Part shown: positions 39,290 through 48,103 of the stretch, in pieces | How positions within the stretch are numbered: the first letter of the stretch is position 1 | Layout of the letters: each line of letters begins with the position of its first letter | NCBI GenBank assembly: GCA_902521675.1 | Contig: CABYSP010000003.1 | Location: forward strand, 4,065-68,064 | DNA from: an uncultured Pelagibacteraceae bacterium | Lineage (GTDB): Bacteria; Pseudomonadota; Alphaproteobacteria; Pelagibacterales; Pelagibacteraceae | Length of the DNA: 64,000 nt | Direction of reading: 5' to 3' | The notes under the pieces: model-generated | The model's database searches: none | The model's input: only the letters and a program-made list of their open reading frames with translations | What the model was told of the DNA's origin: nothing | Translations under genes and position numbers: made by a program

Positions 39290-40986
39290 ATAAAAAACGA
39301 AAAAGAATTAGCGGCGGACAAGCTGCTGTTAAATCATTAAAAAAAGAGAGAGTAAAACATGTTTTTGGACTTATTGGTTCAGCTACAATGGAAATGTTTG
39401 ATGCTCTTTATCATGAGAAAAGTATAAAATTTATTGGTGTCAGAGATGAAAGAACTGGCACACATATGGCTGATGGTTATGCAAGAGCCTCAAATAAACC
39501 TGGGGTAATTATTGCAGGCCAAAACGGACCTGGTGCTACTAATTTAGTTACAGGGGTTGCTCAAGCAAAAGCAGCCTTTTCTCCAGTTGTTGCAATTGCA
39601 GGTTCTTATTCAACTAAAGATAAAATGGAAGATGCATTTCAGGGTTTAGATCAACAGTCTTTGTTTACACCTATTACAAAAAAAACTTGGACTATAAAAA
39701 ATTCAAAAATAATTCCAAAAATTATGAGTGATGCTTTTAGTTTGGCAATGAAACCTAGAAAAGGACCTGTTTGTGTAAATTTACCAAGAAATATATTAGC
39801 AGCTTCAAACAATTATAATATCAATACTAAAAAACCATCGTTCACAAATGTAAGCAAACAAAAAGGAAATAAGGAAAATATCAAAAAAGCTGCAAAATTA
39901 ATCGGATCTTCAAAATGTTCGGTAATTATTGTTGGAGCAGGAATTAAGTATAATTCTAAATACAAAGAGGTAATAAAGTTAGCTGAACTATGCAACCTAC
40001 CTATTGTTACAGCAGCGGGTCATGGAGATGCAATTCCTTTTGGTCATAAATTAAATGCGGGACAAATGGGTCCTAGAGGAAATCCTGTAGCATCAAGATT
40101 AGTTAAAAATGCAGATGTCATTTTAGCAATTGGAACACGTTTAGGATTTAATTCAACTTTTTACTCCTATGAAAATATAAATAAAAAAGCAAAGATAATT
40201 CAAATTGAACTAGAAAAAACAATGCTGGGAAAATATTTTCCTGTAAAAGTAAAGATACATGCGGATGCTGCGACTGCAACTAAACAACTTTACGAAGAAG
40301 TTAAAAAAGAGAAAATTAAATTAAATGTTAAAGATTGGACTAACTCTTATTTACAACAGAGAAAAGAATATTTGATAAATAGAAATAAAGAAAATTTGGG
40401 TCCAAATTTTCCTATACAACCAAAAGGACTATTTAAACAATTAAGAAAAGTGCTACCAAGAAACTCAGCAATTACTCTAGATGCTGGAACGTTATGTTTG
40501 CAGGCTACAGATGCTCTAGAATATTACGACCCTCCATCTTTGTTTACTCCTTTGGATTTTGGACTTGTTGGTTTTTCGTTTGCTTGTGGGTTAGGTGTAA
40601 AACTAGCTAAGCCAAATAAAACAGTGGTTAGTTTAATGGGTGATGGTGGGTTTGGTATGACGATTTCTGAGTTAAGTACGGCTGTAGAATACAAAATCAA
40701 TACAATAACTATTGTTATGAATAATAAAAGTTGGGGTGCTGAAAAAGCATATCAAAAAGATTTTTATGGAAAAAGATATTTAGGTGCTGACATAAGTAGC
40801 CCTAGATTTGATAAATTAGCTGAACTCTATGGAGCAAAAGGATTTAAAATTACAAAAATTTCTGAAATTAATCGTACATTAAAAGCCGCGCTTAAAATAA
40901 AAAAACCAGTTGTTATAGATGTTGATGTAGATCCAAAAGCACTATACAGTTTTAGGAGAGATAGCTTCAAACATAGGATAAAATAA
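39286..40986 (+). CDS. ThDP-dependent enzyme, sulfoacetaldehyde acetyltransferase (Xsc)-like / ALS family
   Basis: HMADGYAR, GQNGPG, GDGGF...MNN ThDP motif, WGAEK. Confidence 0.85.
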   Translation: MNKKRKRISGGQAAVKSLKKERVKHVFGLIGSATMEMFDALYHEKSIKFIGVRDERTGTHMADGYARASNKPGVIIAGQNGPGATNLVTGVAQAKAAFSPVVAIAGSYSTKDKMEDAFQGLDQQSLFTPITKKTWTIKNSKIIPKIMSDAFSLAMKPRKGPVCVNLPRNILAASNNYNINTKKPSFTNVSKQKGNKENIKKAAKLIGSSKCSVIIVGAGIKYNSKYKEVIKLAELCNLPIVTAAGHGDAIPFGHKLNAGQMGPRGNPVASRLVKNADVILAIGTRLGFNSTFYSYENINKKAKIIQIELEKTMLGKYFPVKVKIHADAATATKQLYEEVKKEKIKLNVKDWTNSYLQQRKEYLINRNKENLGPNFPIQPKGLFKQLRKVLPRNSAITLDAGTLCLQATDALEYYDPPSLFTPLDFGLVGFSFACGLGVKLAKPNKTVVSLMGDGGFGMTISELSTAVEYKINTITIVMNNKSWGAEKAYQKDFYGKRYLGADISSPRFDKLAELYGAKGFKITKISEINRTLKAALKIKKPVVIDVDVDPKALYSFRRDSFKHRIK

Positions 40987-40989
40987 TTA

Positions 40990-41292
40990 ATGGCAATCAA
41001 AACTTCAATACTAATAGCTATAGTTCTTTCGTACTTAATGTATTGGTCTTTATCAAGCGTATGTAAATACAATTTAGTTTTAGATAAAAAAACAAAAATT
41101 TTAAATGAAATTAGCAATGAAATAAATCCATCACTGGGGACTGCGAAAGTTTACTATTTTAAAGAATTGAATTGTAAGCCCATAAAAAGTGAATTTAATT
41201 ACCAAAGAATAGTGAACAATTTGAATCATATTACTATTTATGTGTTGCAACAACTAACAACAGATATTAGAGGAGTTAGAGTAGAAAAATAA
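40990..41292 (+). CDS. small membrane-anchored or secreted hypothetical protein
   Basis: N-terminal hydrophobic segment and two Cys; fills an in-operon gap. Confidence 0.6.
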   Translation: MAIKTSILIAIVLSYLMYWSLSSVCKYNLVLDKKTKILNEISNEINPSLGTAKVYYFKELNCKPIKSEFNYQRIVNNLNHITIYVLQQLTTDIRGVRVEK

Positions 41293-41303
41293 ATATTAAA
41301 TAA

Positions 41304-41891
41304 ATGGATCTAAAATTAAGAAAATTTACAAAATTTGTGGACAAAACTTTTATTGAAGGTGGTAAAGAGGCAAAAGAACCTGTTTTATTAGTGTCAGTAG
41401 CTGCTGTTTTTAAAAATCCTTGGCATGGTCAGGGTTTTGTTGAAAATCTAAGACCGGCTATTTTAGACCTTGCACCAAAGCTAGGTGATTTACTTGTTCC
41501 AGAATTGATAAAAGAAATAGGATCACCTGAAAAAATATTGGCATATGGTAAAGCAGGTGTAGTTGGATTGAACGGTGAAATAGAGCACGCCTCAGCTTTT
41601 ATTCATACTTTAAGGTTTGGTAATAAATTTAGAGATGCTGTTGGTGGAACTTCCTATTTAAGTTTTACAAATACAAGGGGACCTGCTGGATCAAAGATTG
41701 CAATTCCTATGATGCATAAAACAGATTCTGGATTGAGACCATATTACCTAACTCATGAATTTACTATTCATGATGCACCATTCGATGATGAGGTGGTTGT
41801 TGCAATTGGTGGGGCATCAAGTGGTAGAGCACATGCAAGAACTGGTGACAGATATCAAGACATGAAAGAAATGGGTATCGAGCCAAAATAA
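41304..41891 (+). CDS. 'amino acid synthesis' family protein (DUF1185)
   Basis: AAVFKNPWHG, YGKAGVVGLNGEIEHA, IPMMHK, DAPFDDE, GRAHAR. Confidence 0.85.
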   Translation: MDLKLRKFTKFVDKTFIEGGKEAKEPVLLVSVAAVFKNPWHGQGFVENLRPAILDLAPKLGDLLVPELIKEIGSPEKILAYGKAGVVGLNGEIEHASAFIHTLRFGNKFRDAVGGTSYLSFTNTRGPAGSKIAIPMMHKTDSGLRPYYLTHEFTIHDAPFDDEVVVAIGGASSGRAHARTGDRYQDMKEMGIEPK

Positions 41892-41897
41892 TTCTTG

Positions 41898-42680
41898 ATG
41901 ACAACAGGAACTACTGCCTCAGGAACTTATTACTTATTCAATAAAAAGCATCAAGATGTGCCAATAGTATTTGTGCATGGTGTAGGTCTTACTCACGAAA
42001 TATGGCAGCCTCAGCTTGAATTTTTTAATTATCATTCAACTATTGCCTACGACATTTTAGGTCATGGAAAAACTTCATTAGAAAATAAGGAAATAAGTTT
42101 TGATGATTTTTCTGATCAGCTAATTAAGTTAATGGACCATCTTAATATAAAAAAAATACATCTTGTAGGTTTCTCTATAGGGTCTTTAATCGCACGAAAT
42201 TTTGCAACTAAACATAATGAGCGTTTACAAACATTAACTCTTTTGTGTTCTATTTATAAAAGAACTGAGGAACAGCAAAAAATTGTTAATCAAAGGTTTG
42301 AACAAGCAAAACAAGAATTAAAACTCTCAAAACAAGCTCTAAAAAGATGGTTTACTGATAAATATTTAGAAAATAATCCAGAAATTTATGAAAAAATAAG
42401 TTCTATTTTGTCTGCTAATAATATGAATAATTTTTTAAAGGTTTACGAGCTATTCGTTAATCATAAAAATGATGAAGATTTTAATAAAATTAAAGCAAGT
42501 ACACTAATTGTGACAGGTGAATATGACGTTGGCTCAACTGTAAAAATGTCTCAAGAATTGAATAGTTTGATCTCTAAAAGTCAATTAAAGATCATTAAAG
42601 ATGGAAAACATCTTTGTGGTATTGAGTGTGCTGATGATGTAAATTTAACAATCAAAAATTTTATTGGATCAGATGAGTAA
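41898..42680 (+). CDS. alpha/beta hydrolase (TgnD-like)
   Basis: HGVG, DILGHG, GFSIG nucleophile elbow, TGEYD, KH. Confidence 0.85.
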   Translation: MTTGTTASGTYYLFNKKHQDVPIVFVHGVGLTHEIWQPQLEFFNYHSTIAYDILGHGKTSLENKEISFDDFSDQLIKLMDHLNIKKIHLVGFSIGSLIARNFATKHNERLQTLTLLCSIYKRTEEQQKIVNQRFEQAKQELKLSKQALKRWFTDKYLENNPEIYEKISSILSANNMNNFLKVYELFVNHKNDEDFNKIKASTLIVTGEYDVGSTVKMSQELNSLISKSQLKIIKDGKHLCGIECADDVNLTIKNFIGSDE

Positions 42681-44154
42681 ATTAAAGCAATATAAAATGT
42701 TTATTAATGGTGAATGGGTAGACTCTGAAAGTAAAAAAACATTTGAAACTTTAAATCCAGAACATAACGAGCCATGGGCAGTTGTTCCAGAAGCAACTGC
42801 TAAAGATGTTGATAATGCAGTTAAAGCTGCTCAAAAAGCATTCGAGGGCGAATGGCCAAAGCTACTTCCTAGAGAAAGAGCTAAATATTTAAGAGCTATT
42901 GGAAATCAATTGAGAGAGAATGCAGAAATGCTAGGAGAAATAGAAACAATTGATACTGGAAAACTTTACAGAGAAACAAAAAAGCAAGCAGTTTATATAG
43001 CAGAATACTACGACTATTATGCTGGTTTGGCAGATAAAGTTGAGGGAACAGTTTTGCCAATAGATAAACCAAATGTTCAAGCAATAACAACTAGAATACC
43101 TATAGGTGTTATAGCTGCAATAATTCCTTGGAATTCACAAATGTTTTTAACTGCCACTAAAATTGCACCAGCACTTGCAATGGGTAACACAGTTGTAATT
43201 AAATCCTCTGAACTTGCCCCTGCTGTTTTATTTGAATTTGCAAAGTTAGTTGAAAAAACCGGTATCCCTAAAGGTGTGGTGAATGTAATTACAGGATTCG
43301 GGGATCCTTGTGGTAAAAGTTTAACTACTCATAACTTGGTTGAAAAGGTTGCTTTTACTGGTGGTCCTGAAACAGCAAGACATATAATTAGAAACTCAGC
43401 AGAAAATTTATCAGAAGTAAGTTTAGAATTGGGTGGCAAGAGTCCAGTCGCAGTATTTGATGATGCAGAGCAAGAAAATGCTATAAATGGGATTACAGCT
43501 GGAATATTTGGTGCAAGTGGTCAAAGTTGTATAGCAGGATCAAGACTTTATTTGCAAAAAGGAATTTACGATGAATTTTTGAATAAACTTTCAAATCGTG
43601 CATCAAAAATAAAAATTGGAGCACCAATGGATCCAGAAACAGAGATGGGACCTTTAAGTAATTTTAAACAATTGGAAGTAATAGAAAAAAATATTAAAGA
43701 GACAATTGATCAAGGTGGAAAAATTAAGTGTGGAGGTGAAAGACATTCTTTCTCAAATAAAGGATATTACTTTCCTCCTACAATTATAGAATGTGATAAT
43801 CACAATCTGCCAGTTGCAGAAAATGAGTTATTTGGACCTGTATTATCAGTAATGAAATTTGATACAGAGGAAGAAGTAATTTCAAAAATGAATGATAATC
43901 AATATGGATTATCTTCAGGTGTTTATACAAGTAATTTATCCAGAGGGATGAGAGTCTCAAAAGCAATTAGGGCTGGAATAACATTTGTAAATACTTATAG
44001 ATTAATTTCTCCTTCAGCTCCATTTGGGGGTATCAAGGATAGTGGATATGGAAAAGAAGCAGGAATTGACTCAATTAAAGACTATACAAGAGTAAAAACA
44101 ACATGGTTCTATACATCTGACGAACCTTCTTTAGACCCTTTCTCAATCAGATAA
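42673..44154 (+). CDS. aldehyde dehydrogenase (TgnC-like)
   Basis: YYAGLADKVEG, PWNSQMFL, FTGGPETARHIIRNSAENL, GQSCIAG, C-terminal DPFSIR. Confidence 0.9.
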   Translation: MSKLKQYKMFINGEWVDSESKKTFETLNPEHNEPWAVVPEATAKDVDNAVKAAQKAFEGEWPKLLPRERAKYLRAIGNQLRENAEMLGEIETIDTGKLYRETKKQAVYIAEYYDYYAGLADKVEGTVLPIDKPNVQAITTRIPIGVIAAIIPWNSQMFLTATKIAPALAMGNTVVIKSSELAPAVLFEFAKLVEKTGIPKGVVNVITGFGDPCGKSLTTHNLVEKVAFTGGPETARHIIRNSAENLSEVSLELGGKSPVAVFDDAEQENAINGITAGIFGASGQSCIAGSRLYLQKGIYDEFLNKLSNRASKIKIGAPMDPETEMGPLSNFKQLEVIEKNIKETIDQGGKIKCGGERHSFSNKGYYFPPTIIECDNHNLPVAENELFGPVLSVMKFDTEEEVISKMNDNQYGLSSGVYTSNLSRGMRVSKAIRAGITFVNTYRLISPSAPFGGIKDSGYGKEAGIDSIKDYTRVKTTWFYTSDEPSLDPFSIR

Positions 44155-44263
44155 TTATCAGCGTCAATTAACTGTCTAAAATAGGATAATTTTGTCATTG
44201 AATATTGACTGTATTCATACTTAAATTAGCTTTTATAAATTGTTAACAATAAAGAGGAAGATA

Positions 44264-45454
44264 ATGAGAAAACTATTTATCGCTGTATTTATGTTTGTAT
44301 CAAGTTTTGGTTCAAATGTAATGGCAGACGGACATTCGATTAAAATGGGGATTATCTTAGGATTCACTGGTCCTATTGAATCTCTAACTCCAGCTATGGC
44401 TGCATCTGCAGAGCTTGCATTTAAAGAAGCTTCTGACTCAGGTTCGCTATTAGGTGGAAAAAAAATTGAGCCAGTAAGAGCAGACTCAACTTGTGTTGAC
44501 TCAGCAGCGGCAACAGCTGCAGCTGAAGGATTAATTTCAGGTGGTGTAGCTGCAATTATGGGAGCAGACTGTTCAGGTGTAACTGGTGCTATTGCAACCA
44601 ACGTTGCTGTACCAAATGGTGTAGTAATGATTTCACCTTCAGCTACTTCTCCAGGATTAACAACTCTAGATGACAAAGGGTATTTCTTTAGAACTGCTCC
44701 ATCAGATGCTAGAGGTGGTCAAATTTTAGCTGATATAACTAAAGACAGAAAAGTAAAAAGTGTTGCAATCACTTATACTAACAATGACTATGGAAAAGGT
44801 TTAGCTGATGTTTATAAAGCAGCAGTTGAAGCTCATGGTATTAAAGTTACAACTGTAACTGCTCACGAAGATGGAAAAGCAGATTACTCATCTGAAGTAG
44901 CAACTCTTGCTTCTGCTGGTGGTGATGCTGTAGCAGTTATTGGTTATCTTGACCAAGGAGGAAAAGGAATTATTCAAGCCTCTTTAGACTCTGGTGCGTT
45001 TGATAGATTTATTTTATCAGATGGTATGATTGGTCAATCTTTGGTTGATGCATTCGGAAAAGATTTAAGCAAATCATTTGGATCATTGCCTGGTTCTACA
45101 GGTAAAGGTGCAGGTATATTTGCTGAAGTTGCAAAAGCTGGAGGTGTAGAAGCTTCTGGTCCTTACACAGGTGAATCTTACGATGCAGCTGCTTTAATCG
45201 TTCTTGCAATGCAAGCAGGTAATTCTGCAGATAGAGCATCTATTGCAAAAAATGTAATGGATGTTGCTAATGCTCCTGGAACTAAAATTTATCCAGGTGA
45301 ACTTAAGAAAGGTTTAGATTTGCTAGCAAAAGGTAAAAAGATTAATTACGAAGGTGCTACTGGAGTAACTTTTACTAGTGTTGGAGAAGCTGAAGGTTCT
45401 TTCTTAGAACAAGAAATTAAAGGCGGAAAATTCAAAACTAAAAAACAAAGATAA
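44264..45454 (+). CDS. Liv-type ABC substrate-binding protein
   Basis: Signal peptide; ISPSATSP, FFRTAPSD, NNDYGKG, YDAA; SD gagg before the ATG at 44264. Confidence 0.9.
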   Translation: MRKLFIAVFMFVSSFGSNVMADGHSIKMGIILGFTGPIESLTPAMAASAELAFKEASDSGSLLGGKKIEPVRADSTCVDSAAATAAAEGLISGGVAAIMGADCSGVTGAIATNVAVPNGVVMISPSATSPGLTTLDDKGYFFRTAPSDARGGQILADITKDRKVKSVAITYTNNDYGKGLADVYKAAVEAHGIKVTTVTAHEDGKADYSSEVATLASAGGDAVAVIGYLDQGGKGIIQASLDSGAFDRFILSDGMIGQSLVDAFGKDLSKSFGSLPGSTGKGAGIFAEVAKAGGVEASGPYTGESYDAAALIVLAMQAGNSADRASIAKNVMDVANAPGTKIYPGELKKGLDLLAKGKKINYEGATGVTFTSVGEAEGSFLEQEIKGGKFKTKKQR

Positions 45455-45470
45455 TTTTTTATCTTAATTC

Positions 45471-45508
45471 AAAAAACCCCAGTAATTTAATTACTGGGGT
45501 TTTTTTTT
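45471..45508. terminator. bidirectional intrinsic terminator
   Basis: aaaaaaccccagtaa...ttactggggttttttttt between the convergent SBP and MFS genes; overlaps the MFS 3' end. Confidence 0.9.
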
Positions 45509-46656
45509 AAATCAGCTCTTATGGTAGATAGAGCTATAATAATTAGAAAAATCAAACATATTAAATTCATAGTTTTCCAGCTAGTTAAGCTTAGAAACAC
45601 CCCAGCAGACAAACTCGCTGCTGCTTGTATAGAGTAAACAATTAAATCATTATATCCTTGAGCTCTAAATTTCTCCTCTTCTCTGTAACACAAAACAAGT
45701 AAACTTGTTCCTGATATAAATAAAAAATTCCATCCTAGCCCCAGAAAAATAAGAGCAATCATATAATTAATAAAATTTTGTTCAAACAAACTAGTTATTA
45801 TTGTGATTAAAAATAACAAAACTCCTACATGCATAATTTTACTATGACCAAACCTTTTAATTAAATTTCCAGTAATTAGTGAAGGTAAAAACATAGCTGC
45901 TATATGAAGCTGAATAACAAATCCAGTCTTGGATAAACTTATTTTCTCCATCAAATGCATACTTATGGGAGTTGCTGTCATTAAAAAAGTCATTACTGCA
46001 TATGCAAAAGCTGAGGCTATCAGTGCCTGTAGAAATCTAGGTTGTGAGATAAGCTCAAAAAAACTTCTTCCTGTTTTATATTGATTACTAGATATGGTTT
46101 TTGGTTCCTGATAAAAAATTAAAAATATTGTTGATGAGATAGATAAAATGGCAAGTGCAAAATAAGAACCTGCATATATATGATCTGAAATAAATCCTTT
46201 CGAAATGTTTGCAATGTTTGGACCAATAAAGGCCGAACCTATTCCTGCTAACAAAATGATAGAAATTGCTTTTGGTGCATAATCCTTATCCACAACCTCA
46301 ACTGCTGCAAAACGATATTGATGACTGAAAGCTATTCCTCCACCAATTAAAAAGCATCCTAAATTATATAAGACAAAACTTTCTATAATTATAGAGTATG
46401 CAGTTAAAAGAGATGCAAAACATGTACCTAATGATGCGTAAATGAACCCCAATTTCCGTCCAATTATACTCATTAACTTTGCAGCAAAAAAAGCAAATAA
46501 CGCAATTCCGACTACTGACAAAGCCATTGGAAGAGTTGCTAAAGATTTTATTGGACTAAATTTTGATCCAATTATACCACTTAAAAAAACGGTGACTGGA
46601 GCAGCTGTAAAAGCAAAAATCTGGCTTAATATAAGTAACGAAAGATTTTTATTCAT
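45487..46656 (-). CDS. MFS transporter
   Basis: About 12 TM helices; IGRKLG, YRFAAVE, MTATP, AMFLPS, GWNF. Confidence 0.9.
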   Translation of the reverse strand: MNKNLSLLILSQIFAFTAAPVTVFLSGIIGSKFSPIKSLATLPMALSVVGIALFAFFAAKLMSIIGRKLGFIYASLGTCFASLLTAYSIIIESFVLYNLGCFLIGGGIAFSHQYRFAAVEVVDKDYAPKAISIILLAGIGSAFIGPNIANISKGFISDHIYAGSYFALAILSISSTIFLIFYQEPKTISSNQYKTGRSFFELISQPRFLQALIASAFAYAVMTFLMTATPISMHLMEKISLSKTGFVIQLHIAAMFLPSLITGNLIKRFGHSKIMHVGVLLFLITIITSLFEQNFINYMIALIFLGLGWNFLFISGTSLLVLCYREEEKFRAQGYNDLIVYSIQAAASLSAGVFLSLTSWKTMNLICLIFLIIIALSTIRADLKKNPSN

Positions 46657-46727
46657 TAAAAGAATAAATACTTATCAGCCATATACAAAGCCCAAGCAGC
46701 AGCAGCACCTAATATAATATATTTCAT
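46656..46727 (-). CDS. 23-aa hydrophobic microprotein (not in ORF track)
   Basis: Manual translation MKYIILGAAAAWALYMADKYLFF*; starts 5 nt after the livM stop; its TAA overlaps the MFS ATG (TAATG). Confidence 0.55.
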   Translation of the reverse strand: MKYIILGAAAAWALYMADKYLFF

Positions 46728-46732
46728 TACGT

Positions 46733-48103
46733 TTACTTTATTTCTATTTTTTCAGGAAGTATACCTTTAGGTCTATACCTCATTATAAACAACAATCCTA
46801 ATCCCATCAGTAAAAATCTAAAATAAGGAACGCTTTCAATTAAATGAGCTTTAAGTGCATTTGTTTCAGGAATTCCCGCAGTGAAAAAGTTTATTAAGAA
46901 TAATGATATTGGTGCAGCTTCAATCCATAAAAACCAGACAACAAATCCTCCTAAAATTGCTCCAAAATTATTTCCACTTCCTCCAACAATTACCATCACC
47001 CAAATTAAGAACGTATATCTCATGGGTCTATAACTTCCTGGAGTAAATAGACCATCTTGTGTAACAAGCATTGCGCCCGCAATTCCAACAATTGCTGAGC
47101 CTAAAATAAAAATTAGTAAATGTTGTTTAACAACATTTTTGCCCATTGCATTTGCAGCTTCCTCATTATCTCTAATTGCCCTCATCATTCTTCCCCATGG
47201 AGAATAAAGAGCCTTTTGAGTTAAAATTAAAAGAATGATTACTACTACTAAAAATAATCCTGAATAACACAGTTTTACAAATACTGAAGAACCTTCAATA
47301 ACAAGTTGATTTAAAGCAGCTTGTCTATCAGCTAAATTCTCAATAACACTTAATTTTCCTGAATTAAACTTTTCAACTAATTTAATAAACCAATCAGTTG
47401 TTTGAAGATCTACTTCATAAGGTGCAGGTCTTTTTAATCCAATAACATTTTTAACTCCTCTTGTGAGCCAATCTTCGTGTTTAATAATTGCAATTACAAT
47501 TTCAGAAATAAGAAGAGTAGCAATAGCTAAATAATCTGCTCTAAGACCAAGTGCAACTTTTCCAACTATAAATGCTAAACCCCCTGCAAAAAGAGCTCCA
47601 ACTATCCAAGAAAATATAATTGGTAATCCAAATCCTCCTAAGAAACCAGTTTTAGCAGGATCAACTGCTTCAATAGCTTCTATGCCTGGCTCTGCAGAAA
47701 ATCTAATAAGTAAAATACCTGAAATTATTATTGCTGCTATGCTGTATGTTCTGATTTTTGATTTTTCAAATCTTTTTAAAATAAAGCGTATAACTAATAC
47801 CATTACTACTATCAGCCACAAGGACATTAGAATATCGAAACCTCCTGCCCTCCAAGCTTCTTGGACAGGATCTACAGATATTAATACTGCAGCTAAACCA
47901 CCTAAAGCTGTATAACCCATAATTCCAAAATTAATTAAACCAGCATACCCCCATTGAATATTCGCACCCATTGTCATAACTGCAGAAATCAAACAAAGAT
48001 TAAATATTGATAAAGCAATATTCCAAGACTGAAATATCCCAACCATTAGAATAAGCACCATCATGATACTATAAGCTGCAATTACATTTAGGTTTTTTCT
48101 CAC
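46733..48103 (-). CDS. livM: Liv-type ABC permease
   Basis: GYAGLINFG, LRADYLAIATL, GRMMRAIRDNEEAA, VIVGGSGN. Confidence 0.9.
   Translation of the reverse strand: MRKNLNVIAAYSIMMVLILMVGIFQSWNIALSIFNLCLISAVMTMGANIQWGYAGLINFGIMGYTALGGLAAVLISVDPVQEAWRAGGFDILMSLWLIVVMVLVIRFILKRFEKSKIRTYSIAAIIISGILLIRFSAEPGIEAIEAVDPAKTGFLGGFGLPIIFSWIVGALFAGGLAFIVGKVALGLRADYLAIATLLISEIVIAIIKHEDWLTRGVKNVIGLKRPAPYEVDLQTTDWFIKLVEKFNSGKLSVIENLADRQAALNQLVIEGSSVFVKLCYSGLFLVVVIILLILTQKALYSPWGRMMRAIRDNEEAANAMGKNVVKQHLLIFILGSAIVGIAGAMLVTQDGLFTPGSYRPMRYTFLIWVMVIVGGSGNNFGAILGGFVVWFLWIEAAPISLFLINFFTAGIPETNALKAHLIESVPYFRFLLMGLGLLFIMRYRPKGILPEKIEIK

Noticed and set aside
44205-44232. TTGACT-16-TAGCTT promoter candidate before the SBP gene
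   Set aside because: Suboptimal spacing and weak -10; plausible but not supportable without TSS data
44233-44676. 147-aa antisense ORF over the SBP gene
   Set aside because: Shadow frame of a strongly codon-biased gene; no recognisable protein or SD
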